A stretch of DNA of 64,000 bases from Akkermansia sp. (GTDB lineage: Bacteria > Verrucomicrobiota > Verrucomicrobiia > Verrucomicrobiales > Akkermansiaceae), in the NCBI GenBank assembly GCA_017555025.1, contig JAFZHC010000040.1:1711-65710 (forward strand), written 5' to 3'. The notes under the pieces were generated by a model. The model saw only the letters and a program-made list of their open reading frames with translations, was not told the origin of the DNA and searched no databases. Numbering within the stretch: the stretch's first letter is position 1; each line of letters begins with the position of its first letter. Shown here piece by piece: positions 46,778 to 57,160 of this stretch. A program made the position numbers and the translations under genes.

Positions 46778-47407
46778 TTAATCAAGTTTGAGTTCACTCT
46801 GAACGGGTATCCCGCCGGTCGGTGTGCTGCGCCAAATCTGTGGGGACGTCTGCTGGGGGCGGGGCGCTTCCTCCTCGGTGTGGCCGTTCTGCATGGCTGA
46901 GAGCACAGCCTTAACCATCTTTTGTTTGTCACCGGCGGCTCTCCAAGCGAGATACAGGAAATCTGCGGGGTGAATGTTGCCGTGCTCTCGCAGGAAGATG
47001 CGATCCTGCTCGTCGTAGTACATCAGTCCGGCATCGAGCACACCGTACAGCTTAGCTTCTGCCTTACGGATAATACGTGGCAGGTAGGGAATGCCCTGAA
47101 AGTCGTCATCGGCTGAGGGCAGGTCGATGGCTCGTACCGGTTTAGCGTTGCCGGAAATACCGCGCTGAGCCGTTATGAAAAAAGTGCGGCGGGCAGCTGC
47201 TATCAGCAGAATGGTGCTGGGGGAAGGGTCTCCCAGAGTTGCATAATCCTGAATGTAGGGGTGCATTTCCTGAGGAGTGTAGCCGATTTCGGTGAGCAGT
47301 TTGACCTCATCGGGCAAAAAGAAGCCGCTTGCCGGTGTCTGCGGCCGCTCGTGGTAACGCGTGACAGAATCACGTATCAGGCTCATGAATGCATCATTCC
47401 ATTCCAT
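46778..47407 (-). CDS. DUF5069-like protein
   Basis: YLPRIIRKAEAKL.G.L....MY...D..FL...I...DFL; start set at MEWND because the first ATG overlaps the TATAAT box. Confidence 0.6.
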   Translation of the reverse strand: MEWNDAFMSLIRDSVTRYHERPQTPASGFFLPDEVKLLTEIGYTPQEMHPYIQDYATLGDPSPSTILLIAAARRTFFITAQRGISGNAKPVRAIDLPSADDDFQGIPYLPRIIRKAEAKLYGVLDAGLMYYDEQDRIFLREHGNIHPADFLYLAWRAAGDKQKMVKAVLSAMQNGHTEEEAPRPQQTSPQIWRSTPTGGIPVQSELKLD

Positions 47408-47541
47408 ACGCTCCATTATAGGTGAAGTTCATGTGCTGTTGCAAGTACAAAACATGTCTTCGTCGTGTTAAGTTTTTCCATGTCTGAAAATGACATGTTG
47501 TGTGCTTGCCAAATGAAGCAAGTCGGAGACAATAGGGGGCT

Positions 47542-48351
47542 GTGAATAGTGCTCCGCATAAGACTTCCGTTTCGTATTGGCAACTCCCCGCTCTTTGGGG
47601 GCTTGATGTTGCTCTGTGTGCACTTTGCTGGGGTGTGTTAGTGGCTGCTCATTATGGTATTACCATGATTACGACGGGGCCGTTGCTTGTTCTTTCGTCT
47701 ACTGTGTGGTTAGTCGTTATGGCCGGGCGTCTGACCAAGGCCTGCGGTGGGCAGAAGATGATGTCTGCCGATTTTTATCGTCGTAATCTTGTGCCGCTTC
47801 TTCCGCTGTTTTTGGCTGTACTGGGTGCCACATGGTGGATGCTCTTTTTCCGGGTGGGGCAGTACCTCTTGTATTTTGGGCTTATACCTTTTCTGATGTT
47901 AGGTGTGAGCCGGTTCCCGCTGTTGTACCGCATTCCCGGTTTTTCGCTCTTTTTTAAGTCGGCCGCCTTTGTGTTTGCGTGTGCCGTTCCGACTTTTTAC
48001 TACAGCTTTTACCTGTCACCCTTGCAGATGTGGCAGAGCACGCCGCTGTGGATGTTGGCGGTGCTGTTCTTCCTTTTCCATGTGGAAAGAGGGCGAGCGG
48101 CTTCAGGCATGGGAGGAGTACAGGTGTTTTGTCTGGCTGCCGTCTTTGGCTTTAGCATGTTCCGCATGATTCATGCTCCGGCCGGCGTGAGCAGCTGGTA
48201 CCTGATTCTTTGCATGGCTGTGGCAGGGGTGCACATGTTGTTCCGCTTGCGTGCCCGCCTTTCGGAGGAGGCTTGGTATGCCCTCGGTTGGCCGGTGATG
48301 ACGGTGCCTGCGTTGCTGGGCATTGTCGCTTTTGCCCCCGAGGCCTGGTAA
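47542..48351 (+). CDS. Hypothetical polytopic membrane protein
   Basis: About 8 hydrophobic segments; promoter-like TTGCCA..GACAAT upstream. Confidence 0.65.
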   Translation: MNSAPHKTSVSYWQLPALWGLDVALCALCWGVLVAAHYGITMITTGPLLVLSSTVWLVVMAGRLTKACGGQKMMSADFYRRNLVPLLPLFLAVLGATWWMLFFRVGQYLLYFGLIPFLMLGVSRFPLLYRIPGFSLFFKSAAFVFACAVPTFYYSFYLSPLQMWQSTPLWMLAVLFFLFHVERGRAASGMGGVQVFCLAAVFGFSMFRMIHAPAGVSSWYLILCMAVAGVHMLFRLRARLSEEAWYALGWPVMTVPALLGIVAFAPEAW

Positions 48352-48354
48352 ATG

Positions 48355-49446
48355 CTAATTCTCCATTTGCCCGAATTTTCGTTTATGTTCTTCCAGGTAA
48401 GCGTCTTCTATCTCTCTTGCTCTTTTGCCGCCATGGCGTTTGAGCAGTTCCGCCATAGCGGGGAACGGTGCGTGAGGCTCTTCTGCCATATCGAGCGGGG
48501 TTTGGGCAAAAGGTGGGTACGGAGACAGGGCAATGGCGTTGACATTTGCGCGAGCCTCCAGCAGAAGTTCAGCTATTTCGAGTGCTGCTTCAGTACTGCT
48601 GCACCAGTCTTGTGCTACGTAATGCAGCGCAGTTTCCCGACTTTCCGGTGAAACGGTCTGACAGACATTTTCGCCGTGACTGAGTATTTTGCGCACGCAC
48701 TCGACATCGCCGTCTCTGATGGGCTCTGCGAGTAGTGGTTCCATGACCAGAGCCGGACTGTTGAATTTTCCGCCGTATGATTCCAGCAGCGGCAGGAGGT
48801 GGCGATGACATTTGGTTATGGCGAGGCTCATGGGTGTGGCACCCATGATGCGCCCCTGATAAGCGCGGTTAGTGTCAGCTCCTTTGCTCAGCAGGTATTT
48901 CACTTGTCGGCTGATATCTTTTGCCGGTGGTGATTTGTCATCGCTCCGGTTGTCTGCCAAAAGCAGGTAGAGTGTATCTTCCCGGTCGGGATTTGCCTGT
49001 AGCACATGGTGGCAGATATCGGCGGTCAGGTAGTACTCGCAATTTACTGCATCGGAAAAGTCTTCGTCCGCATCTGAAAATGAATAGAAGATGAATATAA
49101 CGACGCAAAGAAGAGCATAGCCGGGGAAATTGATTTCCCGGTGCTCACTTTTCTCCGGCGTCGGTACAGCCGCGGAACTTTTCTGCACCGCGGAGGGTAA
49201 GCGGAAGCTGTTTTTCTGCTCCCAGCTGCGCTCAGGGGGTGTGGGTTGATCTAATTTCCATACTTTCCAGAGCAGATATTCGAGCGCCAGCGCCCCCACA
49301 AGCAGAAGTCCCCATGCCGTCAGAATAAAGGCCTCGCTTACTCTTCCGGGCGCAGGGAACCATTGCGGCACATTTCGGCTCAGGGTCGTATGCAGCCAGC
49401 TGTTGAACAAGGTAAAGAGTAGCAGAATAAGAATGCGCTTAAACAT
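48355..49446 (-). CDS. Membrane-anchored ankyrin-repeat protein
   Basis: 3 N-terminal TM segments; GATPMSLA, ETALHYVA, LLLEARANVNA, QTPLDMA..LLKRHGGK. Confidence 0.8.
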   Translation of the reverse strand: MFKRILILLLFTLFNSWLHTTLSRNVPQWFPAPGRVSEAFILTAWGLLLVGALALEYLLWKVWKLDQPTPPERSWEQKNSFRLPSAVQKSSAAVPTPEKSEHREINFPGYALLCVVIFIFYSFSDADEDFSDAVNCEYYLTADICHHVLQANPDREDTLYLLLADNRSDDKSPPAKDISRQVKYLLSKGADTNRAYQGRIMGATPMSLAITKCHRHLLPLLESYGGKFNSPALVMEPLLAEPIRDGDVECVRKILSHGENVCQTVSPESRETALHYVAQDWCSSTEAALEIAELLLEARANVNAIALSPYPPFAQTPLDMAEEPHAPFPAMAELLKRHGGKRAREIEDAYLEEHKRKFGQMEN

Positions 49447-49448
49447 AG

Positions 49449-50135
49449 TCAGGGAAGGTCGTTGCCGCACAAAACGCTGATGAGTAAGATTGCCGGAAGA
49501 GCTGCACTCATGGCAACAGAGGCCGGTAAATCAATGCAGACTGCACTCAGGCAGGCCGCCGGGCGAGCCCAGTAGTGCCCGCTGGGATTTAACGGCTCGG
49601 CCGATTCGAACGGAGAGTAGTAATCATCTCTTTTTCTTTTGGCTTCCCATTCGGGGGATACAATAAGGTAACTATCTTTCCGTTGGATGGAGGGCTTGGC
49701 AACGATTGGGATAATGGTGCCGTTGCTGTGCTCGGGGAGTGGTTGGCGAGTTTTCAGGCGTTCTTCGATATCTTTTTCCAGTTTGACGAGGTCATAGTAA
49801 GCCCCTTGAGAACTCAGTCTGCTTGCCATGTGGGTAGATAGCGGCAGCCAGGCATAGGTGCCGGTTCTGCTCTGTATTTTATCGCCGTAACATACTGCGA
49901 CAAAGGGGCCGTAATTGATTGAGCCATCTATTTTGCGCCTTTGCTGCATGGCTTGTACATTTTCTGCCTTGATATAATAACGCCCATCTTTATGGAGCAA
50001 CTCGGCGGAATGTTCGGTTGACCAAGCCGGGAAACATCGCGCATATTCAGCGATACTGCTATGGGTGTTGAGTGTGAGGCAGGACGTGAGCAGACAACAT
50101 AAAAGGAGTGGTATGAGGTAAGTTGGGGATTTCAT
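49449..50135 (-). CDS. Hypothetical lipoprotein with a C-terminal hydrophobic D-x-P segment (paralog family, copy 1)
   Basis: LLTSC lipobox; HKDGRYY; C-terminal PAACLSAVCIDLPASVAMS. Confidence 0.7.
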   Translation of the reverse strand: MKSPTYLIPLLLCCLLTSCLTLNTHSSIAEYARCFPAWSTEHSAELLHKDGRYYIKAENVQAMQQRRKIDGSINYGPFVAVCYGDKIQSRTGTYAWLPLSTHMASRLSSQGAYYDLVKLEKDIEERLKTRQPLPEHSNGTIIPIVAKPSIQRKDSYLIVSPEWEAKRKRDDYYSPFESAEPLNPSGHYWARPAACLSAVCIDLPASVAMSAALPAILLISVLCGNDLP

Positions 50136-50166
50136 AGGGGAATATTAGCAGGCTGAGCTTTGCCTG

Positions 50167-51195
50167 TCAATTGTTTTGTGCGTAAAAAAGCTGGTTCCCT
50201 TTTAAATGAATAGGGTGGGAATTATCGTCTGTGAAAAGCTGCCCCGTTCCGAGGCCTTGCAGTTTATCGGGGGCCGTCAGAGCGCTCCATTCGGCGAGGG
50301 CCGTAAGGCCAATGTGACTTTCCAACGCGGAGTTGACCCACCAGTCGATGTTGCGCTGCTCTGCCTGCTGAATCCATTGCTGAGCGGCAAGCAAGCCTCC
50401 ATGCAGGGAGGGTTTAATGACAATGGCTTGCGGGGCAATGGCATCCAGCAGTTGCTCCCTAGAATGGCTGTTAATCAGCTCCTCATCCAGAGCAATGGGC
50501 AGAGGAGAGGTGCGGCAGAGTATGGCCATTTGCTGCCATTGACCGGGGCGGATGGGTTGCTCAATGCTGCTTACACCGGCTGCGGACAGTTGCTCCAGCT
50601 TGTGCAGAGCCTCTTGCGGGGTGAAGGCTCCGTTTGCATCCACTCGGATATCGGCCCGGGGGAAGGCGGCGTGCGCCTCGCGCAGCAGCTCCAGCTCCTG
50701 CTCAAAAGGGAGGGCGCCTACTTTAAGTTTAAGGCAGGAGAAGCCGCGCTCAATGCCTTGTTTCATGGCGCTGAGCATGGTGTCGATATCTGCCATCCAG
50801 ATGAGGTGGTGGATGGAGATTCCTTTCTCACCGCGTGAAAATGGGGTGTTCCACCGTGGTAAGCCGGGGCGTAAGGCCGACAAGAGCGCACTCTCCAAGC
50901 CGAATTGTATGGGAGACGGCGCTTCGATATCCTGTAATCCGCCTCGCTTTTCTGCCTCTGTACACCATTTTGCCAGCTCAGCTTCGGTAGGCTCGGGCAG
51001 CAGGCCGGGCATGGTGCAGCACTCGCCGTAGCCCGCCCCCTCAGCCGTTTGAGCCTCGATGATATAGGTGACGCGTTCCCTTAGTGCACCCCGCGAGGTT
51101 GTTGCCGGGCGCTTGAAGTGCAGCACTCGCCGCTCCCATTGCAGCGTAAACGGCCGCGGGAATTGCATGAGCGGTGCTGCATCAATGAGTCTCAT
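50167..51195 (-). CDS. menC: o-Succinylbenzoate synthase
   Basis: F..PATTSRG, GYGEC, LKLKVG, IRVDANGAF, SIEQP, IALDEE, IKPS, W.NSALES.IG. Confidence 0.9.
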   Translation of the reverse strand: MRLIDAAPLMQFPRPFTLQWERRVLHFKRPATTSRGALRERVTYIIEAQTAEGAGYGECCTMPGLLPEPTEAELAKWCTEAEKRGGLQDIEAPSPIQFGLESALLSALRPGLPRWNTPFSRGEKGISIHHLIWMADIDTMLSAMKQGIERGFSCLKLKVGALPFEQELELLREAHAAFPRADIRVDANGAFTPQEALHKLEQLSAAGVSSIEQPIRPGQWQQMAILCRTSPLPIALDEELINSHSREQLLDAIAPQAIVIKPSLHGGLLAAQQWIQQAEQRNIDWWVNSALESHIGLTALAEWSALTAPDKLQGLGTGQLFTDDNSHPIHLKGNQLFYAQNN

Positions 51196-51280
51196 CTGCA
51201 ATGTAGAAGTACGAAAGCCGATTTTTTTAGCTTGGCACCATTTGTCGCAAGGCGTTGCATCGGCATTCGCTCCGCGCTTC

Positions 51281-52099
51281 TTACGGCATTTTGGGGTATT
51301 TGGAGAAGTCCGGCTTGCGCTTCTCGAGGAAAGCGCGGGAGCCTTCGTGGGCTTCGTCGCACATGTAGAAAAGCATGGTGGCGTCGCCCGCCAGCTCCTG
51401 AATACCGGCCTGACCATCGAGCTCGGCATTCAGACCGGCCTTAATCATGCGCAGCGCAATGGGGGAGTGCATCATCATTTCCTCGGCCCACTGCACATAT
51501 TCATCCTCCAGCTGAGCAAGAGGTACAACCTTGTTGATCAAGCCCATTTCGAGTGCTTCCTGAGCGTTGTACTTACGGCAGAGGAACCAGATTTCACGTG
51601 TCTTCTTCTGGCCGATACAGCGCGCCATGTAGGAGGAACCGAAGCCGGCATCGAAGCTGCCCACGCGCGGGCCGGTCTGGCCGAAAATGGCGTTTTCGGA
51701 GGCGATGGAAAGGTCGCACACCACATGCAGCACATGACCACCGCCAATGGCAAAGCCATTTACTGCGGCAATCACCGGTTTGGGCAGGGAGCGAATCTGT
51801 TTTTGCACATCCAGTACCGAGAGGCGGGGTACGCCGCCTTTGTCCATATAGCCGCCGTAGCCCTTCACATTCATATCGCCACCGGCGCAGAAAGCCACAT
51901 CGCCCGCACCCGTAAGCACGACAACGGCGATATCCTGCATTTCGCGGCAGAGGTAGAGCGCATCGCTCATCTCAGCGGTGGTGAGGGGCGTAAAAGCGTT
52001 GCGGTAGCGCTCACGATTGATGGTGATGCGGGCTATGCCGCCGTATTGCTCGAAGAGAATTTCCTCGTACTGCTTGATGGTTTTCCACTCGCGTTTCAT
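51281..52099 (-). CDS. menB: 1,4-Dihydroxy-2-naphthoyl-CoA synthase
   Basis: [47 protein letters not shown]. Confidence 0.97.
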   Translation of the reverse strand: MKREWKTIKQYEEILFEQYGGIARITINRERYRNAFTPLTTAEMSDALYLCREMQDIAVVVLTGAGDVAFCAGGDMNVKGYGGYMDKGGVPRLSVLDVQKQIRSLPKPVIAAVNGFAIGGGHVLHVVCDLSIASENAIFGQTGPRVGSFDAGFGSSYMARCIGQKKTREIWFLCRKYNAQEALEMGLINKVVPLAQLEDEYVQWAEEMMMHSPIALRMIKAGLNAELDGQAGIQELAGDATMLFYMCDEAHEGSRAFLEKRKPDFSKYPKMP

Positions 52100-52102
52100 G
52101 GT

Positions 52103-53707
52103 TCAGTATTGTGCGTAAAATTGTTTAAGAAGTGAGGCGTCGGATTTGCTGTTGGTGAAGGCTTCCACAATGATGGGGCGCTCGCTTGGTGTGCTGAGGG
52201 CTGCCAAGGCTGCCGGCCAGTCGTATTCGTTGCGCACGGTCAGGTACTCAAAGCCACAGCTTTGAGCCCAGGCTGCGGCAGAGGCCGTGTGGGTTCCGTT
52301 TACCATCGGATGGTTCGGCGTGGGGATGAGGTCAAAGATGCCTCCGCCGCCATTGTTGAGCAAGAGAATGCGCAGATGGGAGGGTATGCCCTGCAACCAT
52401 AATGCGTTCATGTCGTAAAAGAAGGAGAGGTCACCGCAGATGAAGAACTGAGGGCGCTCATCTCCGATGGCATAGCCGATGGCGGTAGAAAGGGAGCCTT
52501 CTATGCCATTTACGCCGCGGTTGCACTCCACCTGTACATCTTCGGGCAGGGGGTAAAGTTGGGCGAATCTGACGGCGGAGCTGTTGGCCAGGTGCAGTAC
52601 GCTTTTTTCGGGCAACGCTCCTACTAAGTCCCCCACCAGCTGCATGCCACTGTAGGGGAATTGCGGTACGGGAACGGGGGTAAGCCAACGTTCGGCGTAG
52701 GCTTCATCTCCCTCTTCGGCAAAAGCTGCCAGTAGTCCCCACAGCTCGTCCGGTGCGCCCTCAATGACGCGGGTCAGGCAGCAGAAAGTGTCGGTCACTT
52801 GACCGTCCGGGCAGATATGCCAGTGTTCTTTCGGCGGGTGGCTGCGCAGCTGTGCTTTTAACCGTTTGGAAATGATGCACCCTCCGTAGGTAATGAGCAG
52901 GTCGGGACTGAGGTCGGCAGAGGCCTGCGGACCGAGCACGGCATCCGGCTGAGTGTTGGCCAACGCTGTGTTGCACAGGTGCTCGCCGGCAACGGCAAAT
53001 GCCTTTTCTGCCATGAGCTGCGGGGGAATATCTGTACCGTAGGGCAATTGGCCAAGCAGGATAAGACGGCGGGGGCAGTCGGCTATGGTGTCCAGCAGCT
53101 CGGTTTCCTCGTCGGCCGTCATGCGGGCAAGCTCGGTGCGGCGAATGAGGCGGGGCTCGGGCAGGGGCTCAGTAGTGGTGCCGAAAAGGGGCTCGGTAAG
53201 CGGCATGTTGATGTGCACCGGCCCGCCGGAGCGGTGGCGCAGTTCCAACAGCGCTTCATTAAGCAGTCGGTTGCGGTGCCAGCTCTCATTTTCTGCTTCG
53301 GGAATGTGTACGCTCATGCGGCAGAGAGAGCCGAGGGCTCCCGGTTGGGGAAGGGTTTGGCCGTCCTGCTGACCAATCCAGCTTGCTGGTCTATCTGCTG
53401 AAATAACAAGCAGGGGCAGGTGGCGGTAGTAGGCCTCCGCCACGGCTGGATGCAGGTTCAGCAGTGCTGAGCCCGAAGTGACACAGACGGCCACGGGGGC
53501 TTGTACTTGAGTTGCCCAGCCGCAAGCTGCAAAGCCGGCGCTGCGCTCATCGGTTGCTCCACGCAACTCGAAATCTCCGAGCGCTGCCAGTGTGGCCACA
53601 ATGGGCGAATTGCGACTGCCGGGGCAGGCTACACAGCGTGTTACGCCGTGTGCGCGCATGAGTGCTGCCAGTTCTCTGATTGCTGCGGAGCTGCTGATTT
53701 CTGCCAT
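52103..53707 (-). CDS. menD: SEPHCHC synthase
   Basis: CPGSRNSP, DERSAGF, TSGSA, SADRP, GQQDGQT.PQ, NRGVNGIEGS.ST, GDLSFFYD.N, NNGGGGIF. Confidence 0.95.
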   Translation of the reverse strand: MAEISSSAAIRELAALMRAHGVTRCVACPGSRNSPIVATLAALGDFELRGATDERSAGFAACGWATQVQAPVAVCVTSGSALLNLHPAVAEAYYRHLPLLVISADRPASWIGQQDGQTLPQPGALGSLCRMSVHIPEAENESWHRNRLLNEALLELRHRSGGPVHINMPLTEPLFGTTTEPLPEPRLIRRTELARMTADEETELLDTIADCPRRLILLGQLPYGTDIPPQLMAEKAFAVAGEHLCNTALANTQPDAVLGPQASADLSPDLLITYGGCIISKRLKAQLRSHPPKEHWHICPDGQVTDTFCCLTRVIEGAPDELWGLLAAFAEEGDEAYAERWLTPVPVPQFPYSGMQLVGDLVGALPEKSVLHLANSSAVRFAQLYPLPEDVQVECNRGVNGIEGSLSTAIGYAIGDERPQFFICGDLSFFYDMNALWLQGIPSHLRILLLNNGGGGIFDLIPTPNHPMVNGTHTASAAAWAQSCGFEYLTVRNEYDWPAALAALSTPSERPIIVEAFTNSKSDASLLKQFYAQY

Positions 53708-53859
53708 ACATGTATATCATAACACAAATGGAGGGGTGGTTCAAATGCTTCGCGCGTCAGTTGAATCTCTTTAAAAATACCTTAATTTTTTTCTTTTTCT
53801 CAACAAATCCGGGGGATAATGCTTGAAATGCGGTTCAGCTGTGGTAAACTCTGGAGCGT

Positions 53860-56800
53860 ATGGAAACAAGAACTGTTTTACCTGTTCGCTCTGCCATGGC
53901 TGCTTTGGCTCTGGCCTGTGGCGCGGTTGTCGCTGCACAAAATAGCGATTTTGATGCGCTGAAAGCTCATTGGAGCTTTGATGAAGGGCGTGATTGGCAC
54001 AATATGCCGACGCCTTTTAAGTGCGATGCAACATTCGTTGATGAACTGACCGGCAAGTCTGATTGCTTGGTTATCAATGGTAAGTGTGAGGCTGATAACG
54101 CAGCTTGGGTGTCCGGTCGTCAGCATGCCGGTATGGCTCCCGGGCGTCTCCTCAGCACCATGAAAGAGTTGCATTGGCTGAACGGCTCGGTTACATTCTC
54201 GTACTGGACCCGCCTGAATGGTGCTCCGAATAAGCGCGGCGTGGTTGGCTCTAACTACACGACTCTGTGGGGCGTGATGAATGACAAGGGGCAGGTGGGC
54301 ATGCGCATGAAGGGGCGCAATATTGTTGTGTCCCCTGTTGCCATTACCGATAATGACTGGCACCATGTGGTATTCACCCGCGATGCCGCTACCGGTAAAG
54401 TTGTGCTCTATCTCGATGGCAAGGAAGTAGCTACCGGTACCACCACCAAGGGCAAACTGCCGGGCGTTTTCGAGGCATTTGCTACCAACAACGCAGCTCT
54501 GGATCAGATTCACATCTTTGACAAGCCTGTTTCTGCCGAGACCGTGGCAACTCTGTACGACAACCACGCTCCGCAGGTGTTTGACCAGGTTTATTTGGTC
54601 GAGACCTCTAAGCCTACTGTGACAGGCAGTATCCTGCACCGTTTCACCTACGATGTGGATCAGGACAAGATGAGCGTGGCCTACTACACTCAGCCCGAGG
54701 GTGGTAAGGTAACCAGCAATGGCGATGGTTCGTTTACCTTCACTCCGAATGCCGCCTTTGCCCGTACGGGTGAGACTTCCTTTGATGTTGTGGTGACGGA
54801 TGGTCGTGGTGGCTACACCAAGGCAAAGATGACCCTGCAGGACAGCCGCTATCAGGTGGCTCCCGCTGTGCGCGAGTTCCGCTACTTCGGTGCTCTGCCT
54901 GAGTTCACCACCGGCGCCGGCAAGAAGCAGAACCACCGCAACCCGATGGCTATTTATCTCAACGGTAAGAAGGCGGATTTGCTCATTCAGGCCGATTCAC
55001 GCTTGTGGTACAGCATCAATGAATCCAAGCGCGGCAAGATTCTGTTCTCCGAGCCTCAGGTTCTGCGTACAACTGCTCAGGCTGAGTTCGAGACTGATGG
55101 TGCCGCCGTGCTCGAGGACAATAAACTCATCGTCCGCAAGCCTGATGGCACAATGGTGATGGCCTATGTGATGGGGCAGGATGTTCCCGCTCTGGAAATC
55201 GGTGCTACTGTGAAGGACACCACCGGTGCAACCATGAAGCTGCCCACCCGCCACTTCTCTCTGCTCGACTACGACCACGATGGTACTCCCGATTTGATTA
55301 CCGGCTATAGTGGTGGTCTGTACTATCACAAGGGGCAGGCTTCCTTCTACACCATCGAAGGTGGTGTGAAGAAGGTGCGCAACATCAGCTTTGCTCCCGA
55401 GCAGCAGGTCATTTACCTGCGCTCTTACAACATCGCTCCCGGTGTGGGTGACCTGAACGCTGATGGTCGCCCCGACTTGCTGCACGGCATTAACTGGGGT
55501 ACCCTGCATGCATGGGTGAACCAGGCAACCAAGCCCACCATCAGCGATGGCGAGTACATGCAGTTGGCGCTTACCAATATGCCTCACGAGCATTTCGTGC
55601 GTAACCTCAACGGTGCTCATCTGGCTGTGGCTGACTTTGATGGCGATGGTACTGCTGACATGGTGCTGGGCGGTAATGCCGGTCGCGAACTGGCAAGCGC
55701 TCTGGGTGTGAACCCCGACAGCTGGGCCGGTAACCTCACCATTATCGAGAATGAGCTTTACAAGGGTCATGAGAAGGATCTCGGCAGAGTGCTCGAAGCA
55801 GATGGCCAGAAGGGCCTGAAGCGCTACCGCGAGCTAATGACAGGCTGGATTCGCTGGGCGGTGTCTCAGAATACCCCCGCCAAGCGTCAGGCTGCATGGA
55901 ATATGCTGGCTACTCACGTGAAGAAGTACCCCTTCCTGCAGCGCTGCGTGCTGGAGGAGGCTTGGGTGAAACGCGAGAAGAACGAGCTGGTAAGCTATGG
56001 CGATATGCACCACGTGCCGGGTATCTTCACCATGAACTGGATTGTGCTGCACCGCTTGCTGCCGGATTCTGCCAAGCACCGCAAGGCCGTGGCCAATGCT
56101 CTGGGTATGACCGGGCTTGACCGCGAGGCTTATCTGGCTAAGGGTATGCCGCTGGCCGACAATAAGCGTTGCTCCGAAGGTCAGCTGCGCGCTACTTGGG
56201 ATCTGCTCAATTACCACGCTCCCATTCTGTTCCCGGATGATCACATCTCCATCAGCCAGCATTTCGATGATGGCCGTGAGGCTATGTGCTATATCTTCGA
56301 GTCCAATAAAAACACCTTCAGCGTGGAGGTGGGTAACAATGTCGCTGAAATGCACGGCGATATGGTCAAGCTGACGGAAGAGTGTTTCGGTCAGAAGGGT
56401 GCTGCAAGTGGCGATTATTATACCTTCGTGCTGGCTCACGAGGTATGTCACTCGCTGGATGGCTATGTGAACCGACGCGCCAATACCGACCTGAAGCGCC
56501 GTTGGGGTGATCAGAACTTCTATGCCTCCACCAATGCCGGCCAGAATAACGTCGTTGTTGCCGATGAAACCGGCTGGTGGAATATGAACCTGACCAAGGA
56601 GCGCTTTAAGGAGCTCGGTCTGTGGGATGGTAAGAATGAGACTTGGAACGACACTTGGAAGGCCTACTGGAAGAACTGTCCTTATCGCAGCAAGGTATTC
56701 ATGCGCGGTGATATCGATTGGTTCCTTGCTGCTCAGCAGGAGTCCCTTGCTACGCAGGCTAACCACCACTGGGCTCGCTCCGAATCCCGACTTATCGGCG

Positions 56801-57099
56801 CCATCCTGCGCTATCTGCAGGGGTACAAATCCAATATCAATGAGGTGGTGTTCTATCTGGACGTTCTTTCTGCCGGGCAGAATAAGTTGCCGATGCTTCA
56901 CCCCTGGGGCTCCGGCAAACCGACGCTCGTAAACTTCAATGTGGAGTACGCCTGGCTCACGCGTAACGACAAGGGCTATATCACCGATGTCCGCATAGGT
57001 GACCGCCACTACGGCTTTGAGGTGGATGACAACGGCCGTGTCGTCGGTCTGCGCACTTACCCCTTCGCTGATAAGATTCAGGCCGCAGCCAAGAAGTAA
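53860..57099 (+). CDS. Secreted multidomain protein: LamG/ConA-like, Ig-like, FG-GAP repeats and a C-terminal HExxH domain
   Basis: Signal peptide; HWSFDEG, NDWHHVV, LYLDGK (LamG); NHAP..DVDQD..DGSFTFTP..VTDG (Ig); DYDHDG.PDL, DLNADG.PDL, DFDGDG.AD; LAHEVCHSLD. Confidence 0.8.
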   Translation: METRTVLPVRSAMAALALACGAVVAAQNSDFDALKAHWSFDEGRDWHNMPTPFKCDATFVDELTGKSDCLVINGKCEADNAAWVSGRQHAGMAPGRLLSTMKELHWLNGSVTFSYWTRLNGAPNKRGVVGSNYTTLWGVMNDKGQVGMRMKGRNIVVSPVAITDNDWHHVVFTRDAATGKVVLYLDGKEVATGTTTKGKLPGVFEAFATNNAALDQIHIFDKPVSAETVATLYDNHAPQVFDQVYLVETSKPTVTGSILHRFTYDVDQDKMSVAYYTQPEGGKVTSNGDGSFTFTPNAAFARTGETSFDVVVTDGRGGYTKAKMTLQDSRYQVAPAVREFRYFGALPEFTTGAGKKQNHRNPMAIYLNGKKADLLIQADSRLWYSINESKRGKILFSEPQVLRTTAQAEFETDGAAVLEDNKLIVRKPDGTMVMAYVMGQDVPALEIGATVKDTTGATMKLPTRHFSLLDYDHDGTPDLITGYSGGLYYHKGQASFYTIEGGVKKVRNISFAPEQQVIYLRSYNIAPGVGDLNADGRPDLLHGINWGTLHAWVNQATKPTISDGEYMQLALTNMPHEHFVRNLNGAHLAVADFDGDGTADMVLGGNAGRELASALGVNPDSWAGNLTIIENELYKGHEKDLGRVLEADGQKGLKRYRELMTGWIRWAVSQNTPAKRQAAWNMLATHVKKYPFLQRCVLEEAWVKREKNELVSYGDMHHVPGIFTMNWIVLHRLLPDSAKHRKAVANALGMTGLDREAYLAKGMPLADNKRCSEGQLRATWDLLNYHAPILFPDDHISISQHFDDGREAMCYIFESNKNTFSVEVGNNVAEMHGDMVKLTEECFGQKGAASGDYYTFVLAHEVCHSLDGYVNRRANTDLKRRWGDQNFYASTNAGQNNVVVADETGWWNMNLTKERFKELGLWDGKNETWNDTWKAYWKNCPYRSKVFMRGDIDWFLAAQQESLATQANHHWARSESRLIGAILRYLQGYKSNINEVVFYLDVLSAGQNKLPMLHPWGSGKPTLVNFNVEYAWLTRNDKGYITDVRIGDRHYGFEVDDNGRVVGLRTYPFADKIQAAAKK

Positions 57100-57119
57100 C
57101 AGCTGTTGAAAGCTATTCC

Positions 57120-57160
57120 AAACGGTTCCTTTCGGCCCTTGCCGGGAGGAACCGTTTTTT
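57120..57160 (+). terminator. Intrinsic terminator
   Basis: AAACGGTTCCT / AGGAACCGTTT stem plus a T-run. Confidence 0.8.
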
